Shown here piece by piece: positions 25,931-35,951 of a stretch of 64,000 bases of DNA. The position numbers and the translations under genes were made by a program. Under the pieces are notes generated by a model that saw nothing but the letters and a program-made list of their open reading frames with translations, was not told the origin of the DNA and ran no database searches. This DNA comes from an uncultured Mollicutes bacterium (GTDB lineage Bacteria > Bacillota_I > Bacilli_A > RFN20 > CAG-826), in NCBI GenBank assembly GCA_946539555.1, contig CAMNHN010000001.1, forward strand, positions 1,806-65,805. The letters run 5' to 3'. Numbering within the stretch: the first letter of the stretch is position 1; the number at the start of each line of letters is the position of its first letter.

Positions 25931-28624
25931 ATGGCAAACATTATTGAAAAAATATTTAGAATTGACAAAAGAATCCTCAACAAGTACAAAAAAGAAGCAA
26001 GAAATGTTGTTAAGTTAGCCGACAAAATGGCTGCTTTGAGTGATGATGAACTTAGAGGAAAAACTGAAGAATTTAGGCAAAAGTTAAAAGAAGGAAAAAC
26101 TTTGAATGATATTAAATTCGAAGCTTTTGCTGTTGTTAGAGAAGCAGCTCGTCGTGTCCTTGGATTGTATCCATTTGAAGTTCAAATTATTGGCGGATTA
26201 GTTTTAAATGACGGCGATATTGCTGAAATGAAAACTGGTGAAGGTAAAACATTAACCGAAACTATGCCAGTTTATTTAAACGCTCTTGAAGGTAAAGGTG
26301 TTCACGTCGTTACAGTTAACGAATATTTAGCTCAACGTGACGCTAATGAAATGGGTCAAGTTTTTAGATGGTTAGGTTTAACTGTTGGCGTAAATTTACA
26401 TAGTTTACATACAGAAGAAAAGAAAGCGGCACATTTATGTGATGTTACTTACACAATTAACTCAGAACTTGGCTTTGACTATTTAAGAGACAACATGGCT
26501 CCATCAGCTAGCCAACGTGTTTTAAGACCTTTAAATTATTGTATTGTCGATGAAGCTGACTCAGTTTTAATCGATGAATCAAGAACCCCACTTATTATTT
26601 CTGGTGGTGCAAAAGCAAGTGCATCTCAATACACAGTTGCAGATAGGTTTGTTAAGACTTTAAGAAAATCAACTCCTGTTGATGAAGATTATAAAAAGCG
26701 ACATCCAGATTATGTTCCAGATGGAGATTTCGAAGTTGATGTTAAAACAAAATCATGTAATTTAACCGATAAAGGTGTTGATAAAGCTGAAAAAATGTTT
26801 GGAATCAGCAACCTTTATGCCCCTCAATATAATGATTTAGTCCACAGAATTCACCAAGCTTTAAAAGCTAACTATATTATGGGAAGAGATGTTGAATATC
26901 TTGTTGATCAAGACAATGAAATTCAACTTATTGACCAATTTACAGGCCGTGTTTTAAAAGGTCGTGAATATAGTGATGGTTTACAACAAGCCATTCAAGC
27001 TAAAGAAGGTGTCAAAATTAAAGAAGAAACTGTTACACTTGCTACAATCACATACCAAAACTTCTTCAGATTATTTAAGAAAATCGGTGGTATGACAGGT
27101 ACTGCTAAAACCGAGGAAGAAGAATTTAGAAAGATTTATAACATGAAGGTTGTTTGTGTTCCTACAAATAAACCAGTTATTAGACACGATGCAACAGACT
27201 ATGTTTTTGGTACAAAACAAGCAAAAATTAAAGCTCTTGTAAAAGAAGTTAAAGAAAGACATGAAAAAGGTCAACCAATCTTGATTGGTACCCCATCAGT
27301 TGAAGCATCAGAAGAAGTCGCTTTAAGTTTAACTAATGCAGGATTAAGTTTTGAAATGTTAAATGCTAAAAACCACGCTAGAGAAGCTGAAATTATTTCT
27401 CATGCTGGTGAAAAAGGCAGAATAACACTTGCTACTAACATGGCAGGTCGTGGTACCGATATTAAATTAACTCCTGAAACAAGAGAACTCGGTGGTTTAT
27501 GTGTTTTTGGTTTAGAAAGACACGAATCAAGACGTATTGATAACCAATTAAGAGGTCGTAGTGGACGTCAAGGTGATCCAGGTTTCTCAAGATTCTATGT
27601 TTCTCTTGAAGATGAATTAATGGTTAGATTTGCTAACGATAATTTAAGAAAAATGTTTGCTGGATATGGCGACGAAGCTATTGAAAGTAGAATGTTAACA
27701 TCAGCAATTACAAGTGCTCAAAAACGTATTGAGGGCCAAAACTTTGATATTCGTAAAAATTTACTTGATTATGATGATGTTCAATCCAAACAAAGACAAA
27801 TTATGTATGCAAAACGTGATCAAATTCTCTTTGCAAAAGATATTAGCGAACTCATTTTAGATACATTTAAGGATTGTGGTGTTGCTTTATGTAAACGTTC
27901 AATCCCTGAAGATGATCCAAATAAAACAGTTCATGGCGATAATTTAGTTAATATTTTAGTTCCTAGATTCTTACCAGAAGGCGCAATTAAACCTTCACTT
28001 TATGATGAAGCAAATCCACAAGAGGCTGGCGAAGATTTAGGTGAAGTTTTACTTGATGCATATCAACATAGAAAAGCTGAATGGGATCCTCAACAAGCTT
28101 TCCAAATTGAAAGACAAATCACTTTAAGATGTATTGATAGAAACTGGACACAACAAATCGATAACATGACAAGATTTAGAGAATCAGTTTCATTAAGAAG
28201 TTATGGTCAAATCAACCCACTTCAAGATTATGTTAATGAAGGTTGGGCAATGTTCAGAGAAATGCTTGAAACAATTGCTCTTGAAGTTGTTTTGAATTTA
28301 ATGAACGTTCAAGTTGAACCAAAAGTCCAAGAAAATAAGAATGGATTTACAATTACTTCAAAAGACGTTGAACAAAAACCAGCTGTTGAACAAGAAAATC
28401 CACAACTTCAAGTTGCTGAACAAAAAGAAGATAACGCAACTGAAGGTAGTGCAGAAGTTTCTAATAATACTGCAGTTTCTGCTCAAAAAGAAGAAGTTAA
28501 AGGAGATGATAAACCTGAAGATGCACCAAAAGTTGATGCAAAAGCAAGTTTAAATATTTCTGATATTGATGAAAACGCAACTGCCGCAAAAGAAAATAAT
28601 TTCGAAGATATTCATACAAATTAG
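25931..28624 (+). CDS. secA: Preprotein translocase ATPase SecA, with an acidic low-complexity C-terminal tail and no C-terminal zinc-binding motif
   Basis: Full-length SecA homology (NBD1 MKTGEGKTL, PPXD, DEAD-like VDEADSVLIDE, helical scaffold). The last roughly 110 aa are E/K/Q-rich and lack the CxCxSGx8C[HC] motif. Confidence 0.95.
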   Translation: MANIIEKIFRIDKRILNKYKKEARNVVKLADKMAALSDDELRGKTEEFRQKLKEGKTLNDIKFEAFAVVREAARRVLGLYPFEVQIIGGLVLNDGDIAEMKTGEGKTLTETMPVYLNALEGKGVHVVTVNEYLAQRDANEMGQVFRWLGLTVGVNLHSLHTEEKKAAHLCDVTYTINSELGFDYLRDNMAPSASQRVLRPLNYCIVDEADSVLIDESRTPLIISGGAKASASQYTVADRFVKTLRKSTPVDEDYKKRHPDYVPDGDFEVDVKTKSCNLTDKGVDKAEKMFGISNLYAPQYNDLVHRIHQALKANYIMGRDVEYLVDQDNEIQLIDQFTGRVLKGREYSDGLQQAIQAKEGVKIKEETVTLATITYQNFFRLFKKIGGMTGTAKTEEEEFRKIYNMKVVCVPTNKPVIRHDATDYVFGTKQAKIKALVKEVKERHEKGQPILIGTPSVEASEEVALSLTNAGLSFEMLNAKNHAREAEIISHAGEKGRITLATNMAGRGTDIKLTPETRELGGLCVFGLERHESRRIDNQLRGRSGRQGDPGFSRFYVSLEDELMVRFANDNLRKMFAGYGDEAIESRMLTSAITSAQKRIEGQNFDIRKNLLDYDDVQSKQRQIMYAKRDQILFAKDISELILDTFKDCGVALCKRSIPEDDPNKTVHGDNLVNILVPRFLPEGAIKPSLYDEANPQEAGEDLGEVLLDAYQHRKAEWDPQQAFQIERQITLRCIDRNWTQQIDNMTRFRESVSLRSYGQINPLQDYVNEGWAMFREMLETIALEVVLNLMNVQVEPKVQENKNGFTITSKDVEQKPAVEQENPQLQVAEQKEDNATEGSAEVSNNTAVSAQKEEVKGDDKPEDAPKVDAKASLNISDIDENATAAKENNFEDIHTN

Positions 28625-28633
28625 AGGTTAAAA

Positions 28634-29744
28634 ATGATTGATTTATACACATTAAAGATTGGATTAAATGAGGCTGAAAGAGACATCTTACAGCTCGGTG
28701 ATTCTCTTTGACCTGCCTAAATTACAACAAAAGATAGATGAATATGAAGCTTTATCTTTGCAAGACGGATTTTGGTCAAATCAAAGAGAAGCTAGCAAAA
28801 TTATTGATAAGAAAAATAGTTTAGTTGAAAAAATTAAACTTTATAAAAAATTAGAATCTGAAATAAAAGATTTGAAAGAACTCGTCGAAACACTTGATGT
28901 TAATGACGATGAAATGGGTGAGTTTGCACTTGAATCTTTCAATGCTACAAATAAGGAACTTCAAAAGTTAAAAATAATTGTACTTTTTAATGGCGAATAT
29001 GATTCGCTTGATGCGGTTTTAGAGATCCATCCTGGAGCAGGTGGAACAGAAGCTTGTGATTGGGCAAACATGCTTTTAAGAATGTATGAACGTTTTGCTG
29101 AATCTCATGGATTTAAATTTAAAGTTATGGATTATTTGCCAGGAGATGAAGCTGGAGTTAAATCTGTTACTTTATTAATTGAAGGTGAAAATGTTTATGG
29201 AATGTTGAAAGGTGAAAAAGGAGTTCATCGTTTAGTAAGAATTTCTCCTTTTGATGCTAACGCAAGAAGACACACTAGTTTTGCAAGCGTCAACGTTATT
29301 CCTCAATTTGATGATAGCGTTAATGTTGATATTAATCCTACAGATTTAAAAATTGATACATATAGAAGTGGTGGAGCTGGTGGGCAAAACGTCAATAAAG
29401 TTGAAACTGCTGTTAGAATTACTCATATTCCTACAGGAATTGTTGTATCTTGCCAGGTTGAAAGAACTCAACTTAAAAACAGAGAACTTGCGATGAATAT
29501 GCTTAAATCTCAACTTTTCGAGATTCAAGAAAAAGAAAGAAAAGCTAAACTTCAAGGTATTATTGGAGAGCAAAAAAATATCGAATGGGGCTCTCAAATA
29601 AGATCATATGTTTTTTGTCCATATACTTTAGTTAAAGACAATAGAACAAATTGCGAAGATACTCAAATCAATAAAGTTATGGATGGCGATTTAGATAAAT
29701 TTATCTATTCTTATTTAGAAAAGGAAGCAAAGAATAATGAATAA
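28634..29744 (+). CDS. prfB: Peptide chain release factor 2 with a programmed +1 frameshift (frame 0 28634..28708, skip T28709, frame +1 28710..29744)
   Basis: ATG 28634 with an AGAGG RBS, then 25 codons [25 protein letters not shown] ending at the canonical shift site CTT-TGA-C (28706-28712). The +1 frame continues DLPKLQQ... and carries the SPF motif ([15 protein letters not shown]) and GGQNVNK. Confidence 0.9.
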
Positions 29745-30780
29745 CAACATTAAAAACTTCTTTAGTAAAGATAATTTAAAGAAAAGTGTACTTCATTCTT
29801 TTGTGATTCTAGTCGCGAGTTTTTTGCTCGCAATCGGAAGTGGATTTTTCCTTATTCCTTTTTCAATTAATATTGGTGGAATCACTGGAATTACTATTCT
29901 TTTTAGTAGTTTTATGTCTCCAGATATTACTTCCTATATTTTCTATTGGACATTATTTGCCATTGGATTAATTTTCTTAGGTCCAAAATTCTCGCTTTCA
30001 ACAGTATTAGTTACAATTCTTGAACCTATATTTTTAACTTTAATTTTAAGAACCGGAATTCAACAAACCTTCCTTGACTTAGTTCTTGATAATGCTAGCT
30101 ATGTCATTGAAAATGGAGTAATTTCGAATCTAGAGACACTTAATATTTCTTATGGCCTCATTTTAGCGTTCTCGCTTTTAGGTGGCTTATTACAGGGTGT
30201 TGGTTGCGCAATGACTTTTAGAGTTGGTGCTTCAACTGGAGGAGTAGATGTTTTAACTTTTATAATTACAAAATATACAGGTGTAAAAGAAAGCATTCCT
30301 TATTTTGCAATTGATGCCATCATTGTAGGAAGTGGAATTGTTTTAAGTATCATCAATTCATCAAATATATTGTTGATTAGCAGTGTTTTTGGCATTTTAG
30401 GCGCATTTATTTCTTCAATTGCAGTTGACCAATTTTATTCAGCGCGTACTAATGCTTATGGAGTTGATGTTATCACAAGTAAGCCTGATGAAATTTGTGA
30501 ATATGCAATTAAAGAATTAGATAGAAGTGCAACAGTATTTGACGTAAAAGGTGCTTATAGTGGCGAAGATAAAAAGATGGTTAGAATTTTATTTTCAAAA
30601 CGTGAATATTCAAAAATTAGAAATGGTATTGCAAGTATTGATCCAAAAGCATTCTGCAGTTTCTTTAATACCTTATTTGTAGGTGGAGAAGGATTTGACT
30701 ATTTGCAATCTCAAAATGAGTCTTCAATTAAACTAATTAAAAAGTGGAAGAATAAGAAAAATAAAGAAAATGGAAAATAA
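29737..30780 (+). CDS. YitT-family membrane protein (DUF161 membrane domain plus C-terminal DUF2179)
   Basis: Polytopic N-terminal region with GxxG repeats, and a C-terminal soluble domain ([44 protein letters not shown]) typical of YitT/YqfU proteins. Confidence 0.7.
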   Translation: MNNNIKNFFSKDNLKKSVLHSFVILVASFLLAIGSGFFLIPFSINIGGITGITILFSSFMSPDITSYIFYWTLFAIGLIFLGPKFSLSTVLVTILEPIFLTLILRTGIQQTFLDLVLDNASYVIENGVISNLETLNISYGLILAFSLLGGLLQGVGCAMTFRVGASTGGVDVLTFIITKYTGVKESIPYFAIDAIIVGSGIVLSIINSSNILLISSVFGILGAFISSIAVDQFYSARTNAYGVDVITSKPDEICEYAIKELDRSATVFDVKGAYSGEDKKMVRILFSKREYSKIRNGIASIDPKAFCSFFNTLFVGGEGFDYLQSQNESSIKLIKKWKNKKNKENGK

Positions 30781-32746
30781 GAAATTTGTTATTCATAGTA
30801 ATTTTATGCCTTCAGGCGATCAACCTACAGCAATTAAAGAGCTTGTTGAAGGGCTAAACGAAGGAAAGAAATATCAGGTTTTGCTTGGCGCAACAGGTAC
30901 TGGTAAAACTTTTACTATGGCAAATATTATTGAACAAGTTCAACGTCCAACTCTTATTTTAGTTCATAATAAAACTCTTGCTGGTCAGCTTTATGCAGAA
31001 TTTAAAGAATTATTCCCTGAAAATAGAGTTGAATATTTTGTCTCTAATTTTGATTTTTATCAACCAGAAGCTTATATTCCTTCAAGTGATACATATATTG
31101 GAAAAGAAGCGATGATGAACGATGAACTTGAGATGATGAGAGTTAGTGCGATTAACTCAGTAATGAGTAGAAGAGATACGATTGTTGTTGCATCTGTTGC
31201 TTCAATTTACGGTTTAACTGATCCTGATGAATATAAAAAATTAATTTTTGATATTAGAGTTGGTGAAAAACTTAATCGTAAAGAATTTTTTGCAAAATTA
31301 ATTAATCAATCATATAAAAGAAATGATATTGACCTTCAACCTGGAAGATTTAGAGTCCATGGTGATTTAATCGATATTATGCCAGCTGATTCTTCAGAAT
31401 GGTACATTCGAATTGATTGCTTTGATGAAGACATTGAGCATATTGCAAAAGTTAATTATTTGACTGGAGAAGTGATTGAACGCTATAAAACATTTAATTT
31501 GTTCCCTGTTTATGATCACGCTTCAACAAGCGAAAATATTTTAAGAGCTTGTGAGACAATTTCTGAAGAATTAACAGAAAGAATGAAATTTTATGAAGAT
31601 GAAGGTAAACCACTTGAACGCGAAAGAATTGAGATGAGAACAAAGCAAGACTTAGCAAGTTTAAGAGAGTTTGGAATGTGCCCAGGAATTGAAAATTATG
31701 CTAGACATATTGACCATCGAAAACCAGGTGAAAAACCATTCTGTTTGATGGATTATTTTGCTGATGATTATCTACTTTTTGTTGATGAAAGTCACGTAAC
31801 TCTTCCTCAAATTAGAGGCATGTTTAATGGTGATAGAAGTAGAAAACTCAACCTTGTTGAATATGGTTTTCGTTTACCTAGCGCTTTAGATAATAGACCT
31901 TTAAATTTTGATGAATTCCAAGGTGAAATCAATCAAGTTATTTGCACAAGTGCAACTCCAGGTGATTTTGAATTAGAAAAAACTGGAGGAGAATTTGTTG
32001 AGCAAATTATTAGACCAACAGGTCTTCTTGATCCAGAGATTGAAATTAGACCTACATTAGGCCAAATCGATGACTTAATGTATGAAATTGGCGAAAGAAT
32101 TAAGCGCAACGAAAGAGTAATGATTGTTACTTTAACTATTAAAATGGCTGAGGATTTGACGGCTTTTTTGAAAGATCATGATATAAAAACCGTATACATG
32201 CATTCAGAGTGTAAGACTCTTGAAAGAAGCGAAATTATCTATCAATTAAGAAAAGGCAAATACGATGTTTTAGTAGGAATTAACCTTTTAAGAGAAGGTT
32301 TAGATATTCCTGAAGTAAGTTTGATAGCAATACTTGATGCTGATAAAGAAGGATTCCTTAGAAGTTCAAGATCTTTAATTCAAGTTGTTGGTCGTGCTGC
32401 CCGTAATGCTCATGGTAAAGCTATAATGTATGCTGATTTAATGACTGATTCAATGAAAGAATGTATTGATGAAACAAATAGAAGAAGAGCAATTCAACAA
32501 AAGTATAATAATGAAATGGGTATTATTCCTGAAACCATTATTAAACCAATTCAAGCTCCTTTACATAGCATTGAAACAGAAGCAGAAACTTATGATATAT
32601 CAAAAGCAAAATTAACAAAGAAAGAACTCGAAGCCAAAATTAAAGAAGTTGAAAAAGCAATGCATAAAGCCGCTAAAGAATTCGACTTTGAAAAAGCTAT
32701 TGAGTTAAGAGATATATTATTTGAACTAAAAGCTGAACGAAAATAA
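30770..32746 (+). CDS. uvrB: Excinuclease ABC subunit B
   Basis: Walker A GATGTGKTF, the beta-hairpin region, helicase motifs, and the C-terminal UvrB/UvrC interaction motif (FEKAIELRDILFELKA). Confidence 0.97.
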   Translation: MENKKFVIHSNFMPSGDQPTAIKELVEGLNEGKKYQVLLGATGTGKTFTMANIIEQVQRPTLILVHNKTLAGQLYAEFKELFPENRVEYFVSNFDFYQPEAYIPSSDTYIGKEAMMNDELEMMRVSAINSVMSRRDTIVVASVASIYGLTDPDEYKKLIFDIRVGEKLNRKEFFAKLINQSYKRNDIDLQPGRFRVHGDLIDIMPADSSEWYIRIDCFDEDIEHIAKVNYLTGEVIERYKTFNLFPVYDHASTSENILRACETISEELTERMKFYEDEGKPLERERIEMRTKQDLASLREFGMCPGIENYARHIDHRKPGEKPFCLMDYFADDYLLFVDESHVTLPQIRGMFNGDRSRKLNLVEYGFRLPSALDNRPLNFDEFQGEINQVICTSATPGDFELEKTGGEFVEQIIRPTGLLDPEIEIRPTLGQIDDLMYEIGERIKRNERVMIVTLTIKMAEDLTAFLKDHDIKTVYMHSECKTLERSEIIYQLRKGKYDVLVGINLLREGLDIPEVSLIAILDADKEGFLRSSRSLIQVVGRAARNAHGKAIMYADLMTDSMKECIDETNRRRAIQQKYNNEMGIIPETIIKPIQAPLHSIETEAETYDISKAKLTKKELEAKIKEVEKAMHKAAKEFDFEKAIELRDILFELKAERK

Positions 32747-32772
32747 AAATAGACTTTCAAGTCTATTTTTTA
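32747..32772. terminator. Bidirectional terminator between uvrB (+) and the xre gene (-)
   Basis: AAAATAGACTTTCAAGTCTATTTTTTAT: stem TAGACTT/AAGTCTA flanked by A- and T-runs. Confidence 0.65.
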
Positions 32773-33089
32773 TTACCAACGAATTCGATGATTTGAAGCG
32801 CTAAGTCAACAGCTTTGATTCTATCTTCTTCAGGAAGATTATCGATTTCTTCAAGAAGCTTTTTCTCTTTTCCTTCTAAAGATAGTGGAGCATTTTCGTT
32901 TCCTAACAATTCATCGATACTCACATTTAAAACTTTTGCGATTTTAACAAGCAATTCAATAGATGGCTCACTTCTTCCAACTTCATAGTCAGAGACGTTA
33001 TATTGCTTCACGTTTAAAGTGCTGGCAAATTGTTCTTGTGATAAGCCAGCCTTTTTTCTATATAGTTTAAGTCTCTCATTGAATTTCAT
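32763..33089 (-). CDS. XRE-family HTH transcriptional regulator (108 aa)
   Basis: LKLYRKKAGLSQEQFASTLNVKQYNVSDYEVGRSEPSIELLVKIAKVLNVSIDELLG. It is divergent from the ZIP/ADH genes. Confidence 0.85.
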   Translation of the reverse strand: MKFNERLKLYRKKAGLSQEQFASTLNVKQYNVSDYEVGRSEPSIELLVKIAKVLNVSIDELLGNENAPLSLEGKEKKLLEEIDNLPEEDRIKAVDLALQIIEFVGNKK

Positions 33090-33209
33090 AGTATTATAAT
33101 TTTATAAAAAAGTGATATTTTTTTCAATTGTAAATACGGAATTTTTACATAATAATTTCGTTTATCATATTTGTTTTAAATTAATATTAATAAGATATAA
33201 TTTTGAATT

Positions 33210-34007
33210 ATGGATGGTTTAGGAGTTAGTATTTTATCTTTAAGCCTAATTTTTCTTGCAACAACTTTAGGTTCTGCACTTGTTTTCTTTTTCAAAAAGA
33301 ACTATTCAGCCAGAACTTCAAGCATAATTGTTGGTTTAGCAAGTGGAATTATGATTGCAACATCATTTTTTGGCTTATTACAACCATCAATTGAAGAATC
33401 TGTAGCAAATTATGATAAATCTTTATCTTGGTTACCACCTCTAGTTGGGTTTATTTTAGGTGCCTTATTACTTTTTGTTCTTGATAAAGTTGTTCCACAT
33501 ATACATAAAACTGAAAGAGATGATAGCGAAGGAATAAAAACAAATAGAATTAATAAAAATACTAAGTTTATTTTGGCAGTCACTTTACATAATATTCCTG
33601 AAGGAATTGCTGTAGGATTAGTTTGTGGCATCGCATTAAATCAAGGAACTCAAGCTTCAATTATTGCTGCATTAACTTTAGCAATAGGTATAGCTATTCA
33701 AAATTTCCCTGAAGGAAGTGCAGTTTCAATTCCTTTATTAAATGAAAATGTATCGAAAACTAAGGCATTTTTCCTTGGTGCATTAACAGGAATTGTTGAA
33801 CCTATTTTTGGAGTTATTGCTTTATTTTTAGCTTCTCAACTTACATTTATGCTTCCTTATTTATTATCTTTTGCAGCAGGGGCGATGATTTATGTCACAA
33901 TTGATGAACTTGTTCCTGAATTTAAAGAGGTAGGAAATGGACATGCCGGAATTTGGTCATTTATTATTGGTTTTGCAATAATGATGTTATTAGAAGTTGT
34001 TTTATAA
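33210..34007 (+). CDS. ZIP-family divalent metal transporter (ZupT-like)
   Basis: HNIPEGIAVG and IQNFPEGSAVSIPL metal-binding motifs, with 8 TM segments. Confidence 0.85.
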   Translation: MDGLGVSILSLSLIFLATTLGSALVFFFKKNYSARTSSIIVGLASGIMIATSFFGLLQPSIEESVANYDKSLSWLPPLVGFILGALLLFVLDKVVPHIHKTERDDSEGIKTNRINKNTKFILAVTLHNIPEGIAVGLVCGIALNQGTQASIIAALTLAIGIAIQNFPEGSAVSIPLLNENVSKTKAFFLGALTGIVEPIFGVIALFLASQLTFMLPYLLSFAAGAMIYVTIDELVPEFKEVGNGHAGIWSFIIGFAIMMLLEVVL

Positions 34008-34039
34008 ATTTGTTATATTTTTAAAAAGGAGAATTACTT

Positions 34040-35203
34040 ATGCAAGGAGATTTTGTTTTTCATAATCCTACAAAAATTTATTTTGGAAAAAATAGTCTTG
34101 ATAATTTATTAGACGAACTTAATAATTATGGTCCAAATATCTTATTAGTCTATGGGAAAAACGCTATTAAAAAGATTGGACTATACGATAAAATAATTAA
34201 GATTTTAAAAGAAGCAAACAAAAATGTTTTTGAAGTGAGTGGAGTCATGCCAAATCCTACATATAGTAAGATGATGGAAGGTGCTAGAGCAATTCGCGAA
34301 AACAATATTGATTTAATTTTGGCTGTTGGTGGAGGAAGTGTCATCGACTGTTCAAAAGGAATGAGTGTTGCAGCATATTTTGATGGTGATGCATATAAAG
34401 AATTTTATTTAGATTATAAACCTGTTAATACAAAGATTACTCCAATTGGTGCGGTTTTAACAATGGTTGGTACTGGTTCAGAAATGAATGGTGGATCAGT
34501 TATTACTCATGAAGAATTGAAGCTAAAACATGGAAGAGTTTTTGGACCAGAAATGTTCCCAAAATTCTCAATTTTAAATCCTGAATTTACTTATTCTTTA
34601 TCTGAATATCAAATGAAGTCAGGAATTTTTGATTGTTTTTCGCATTTAATGGAAACTTATTTTAGTGATGATGGTGAAAATGTGTCTGATTTTGTTCTTG
34701 AAGGATTGATGAGATCTCTTATTTCATGTTCTAAAAAAGCCTTTAAGAACCCATTAGATTATGAAGCTAGAAGCAATGTAATGTGGACAGCGACACTTGC
34801 TTTAAATACTTTAGCAGGTTGTGGTAAAAAACAAGATTGGCAAGTTCATTCAATTGAACATCAACTTGGAGCATATACTGATTGCGCACACGGAATGGGT
34901 TTAGCTGCAATTTCTATTCCTTATTACAGACGGATTTATAAATATGGTGTTCACCAATTTGCTAAATTTGCTACAAATGTTTGGAATATTAGACCAGAAG
35001 GAAAAAGCGAAGAAGAGTTAGCAAAAGAAGGTGTAGAAGAACTTGTTAAATATATTAAAGAAAGTGGAATGATTACTTCCATTAAAGAGCTTGGCGCAAC
35101 AAAAGAAATGCTTCCATTAATTGCAAATTCTACTGATTTAGGCGGTGGTTTTAAAGACATCACGCCTGAAATAATTTTAAAATTATTAGAAGAATGTTAT
35201 TAA
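34040..35203 (+). CDS. Iron-containing (group III) alcohol dehydrogenase, butanol-dehydrogenase/YqhD-like
   Basis: GGGSVIDCSKG NAD(P)-binding motif and conserved histidines (HSIEHQLGAYTDCAHGMGLA). Confidence 0.85.
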   Translation: MQGDFVFHNPTKIYFGKNSLDNLLDELNNYGPNILLVYGKNAIKKIGLYDKIIKILKEANKNVFEVSGVMPNPTYSKMMEGARAIRENNIDLILAVGGGSVIDCSKGMSVAAYFDGDAYKEFYLDYKPVNTKITPIGAVLTMVGTGSEMNGGSVITHEELKLKHGRVFGPEMFPKFSILNPEFTYSLSEYQMKSGIFDCFSHLMETYFSDDGENVSDFVLEGLMRSLISCSKKAFKNPLDYEARSNVMWTATLALNTLAGCGKKQDWQVHSIEHQLGAYTDCAHGMGLAAISIPYYRRIYKYGVHQFAKFATNVWNIRPEGKSEEELAKEGVEELVKYIKESGMITSIKELGATKEMLPLIANSTDLGGGFKDITPEIILKLLEECY

Positions 35204-35414
35204 TTTTAATTAAATAATAAATACCGTAAAACTCTCATTCAATTAGGAGACATTACGGTATTTTTTACTACTAAAAAATTTGAGTCTAATTTAATTTCAA
35301 AAGATCCTATTATCATCAATGGTTTTGATGATGGATATATCTTGAGCGAAACAAAAAAATAATGATTTGTTTATTTTGCACGGGCAACCCATGTAGATTT
35401 TTTGTCGTTATTTT

Positions 35415-35500
35415 CGTTTGCATATTGAATCAGTTATTTGCATATTTTTAATAACTTTATATGCAAATTATTTGCCTACTCATATTGATTATTTGCATAC
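35415..35500. repeat. Cluster of ATTTGCATA-type iterons in a 750-bp non-coding region beside tRNA-Ser
   Basis: Direct copies of TTTGCATAT/TTTGCATAC at 35417, 35447 and 35492, and an inverted copy ATATGCAAAT at about 35459. The flanking CATATTGA is repeated twice. Confidence 0.5.
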
Positions 35501-35682
35501 TAATTCATAATTTTTATCTACATTAGTGAGATGCTATAAAGAAATAGATTAAAGATTTACTCCTTGATGTTTCTATTACTACAATTGAAAAAGTACTATC
35601 AGTTATGCTTAAAAAAGGCGAAATTATTAAAGTAGGAACAACTAACAACGCTCGATATATTAAAAACAATCAAAAAAAAGCA

Positions 35683-35716
35683 ATAAAAAAACACGCATTT
35701 TAATTTACGTGTCTTA
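35683..35716 (-). terminator. Terminator downstream of tRNA-Ser (minus strand)
   Basis: On the minus strand, ACACG-taaattaaaatg-CGTGT followed by TTTTTTT. Confidence 0.5.
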
Positions 35717-35727
35717 AAAATTAATTA

Positions 35728-35818
35728 TGGCGGAGTAAGAGAGACTCGAACTCTCGCACCGGTTGCCCGATCTACTTCCTTAGCAGGGAAGCCCCTTCAC
35801 CAACTTGGGTATTACTCC
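35728..35818 (-). tRNA. tRNA-Ser (anticodon GCT), class II with a long variable arm
   Basis: Minus-strand GGAGTAATACCCAAGTTGGTGAAGGGGCTTCCCTGCTAAGGAAGTAGATCGGGCAACCGGTGCGAGAGTTCGAGTCTCTCTTACTCCGCCA. Acceptor is GGAGTAA/TTACTCC, the anticodon loop is CTGCTAA, the variable arm is 19 nt, and CCA is encoded. Confidence 0.85.
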
Positions 35819-35951
35819 ATTTGCCTAATAATTTTATCAAAGTATCATTACTGGCGCAACAATGAAAATATAATTAAAAATACGATAGTAGATTAAAGAA
35901 ATTGTATAAATTTAGTCAAAATTTGTTGTTAATGTAGTAAAATAACTAATT

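Noticed and set aside
35606-35701. 31-codon basic small ORF (MLKKGEIIKVGTTNNARYIKNNQKKAIKKHAF) next to tRNA-Ser
   Set aside because: It has a weak RBS and overlaps the tRNA-Ser terminator hairpin. It is kept only as a note inside the tRNA-Ser region finding, not as a feature.
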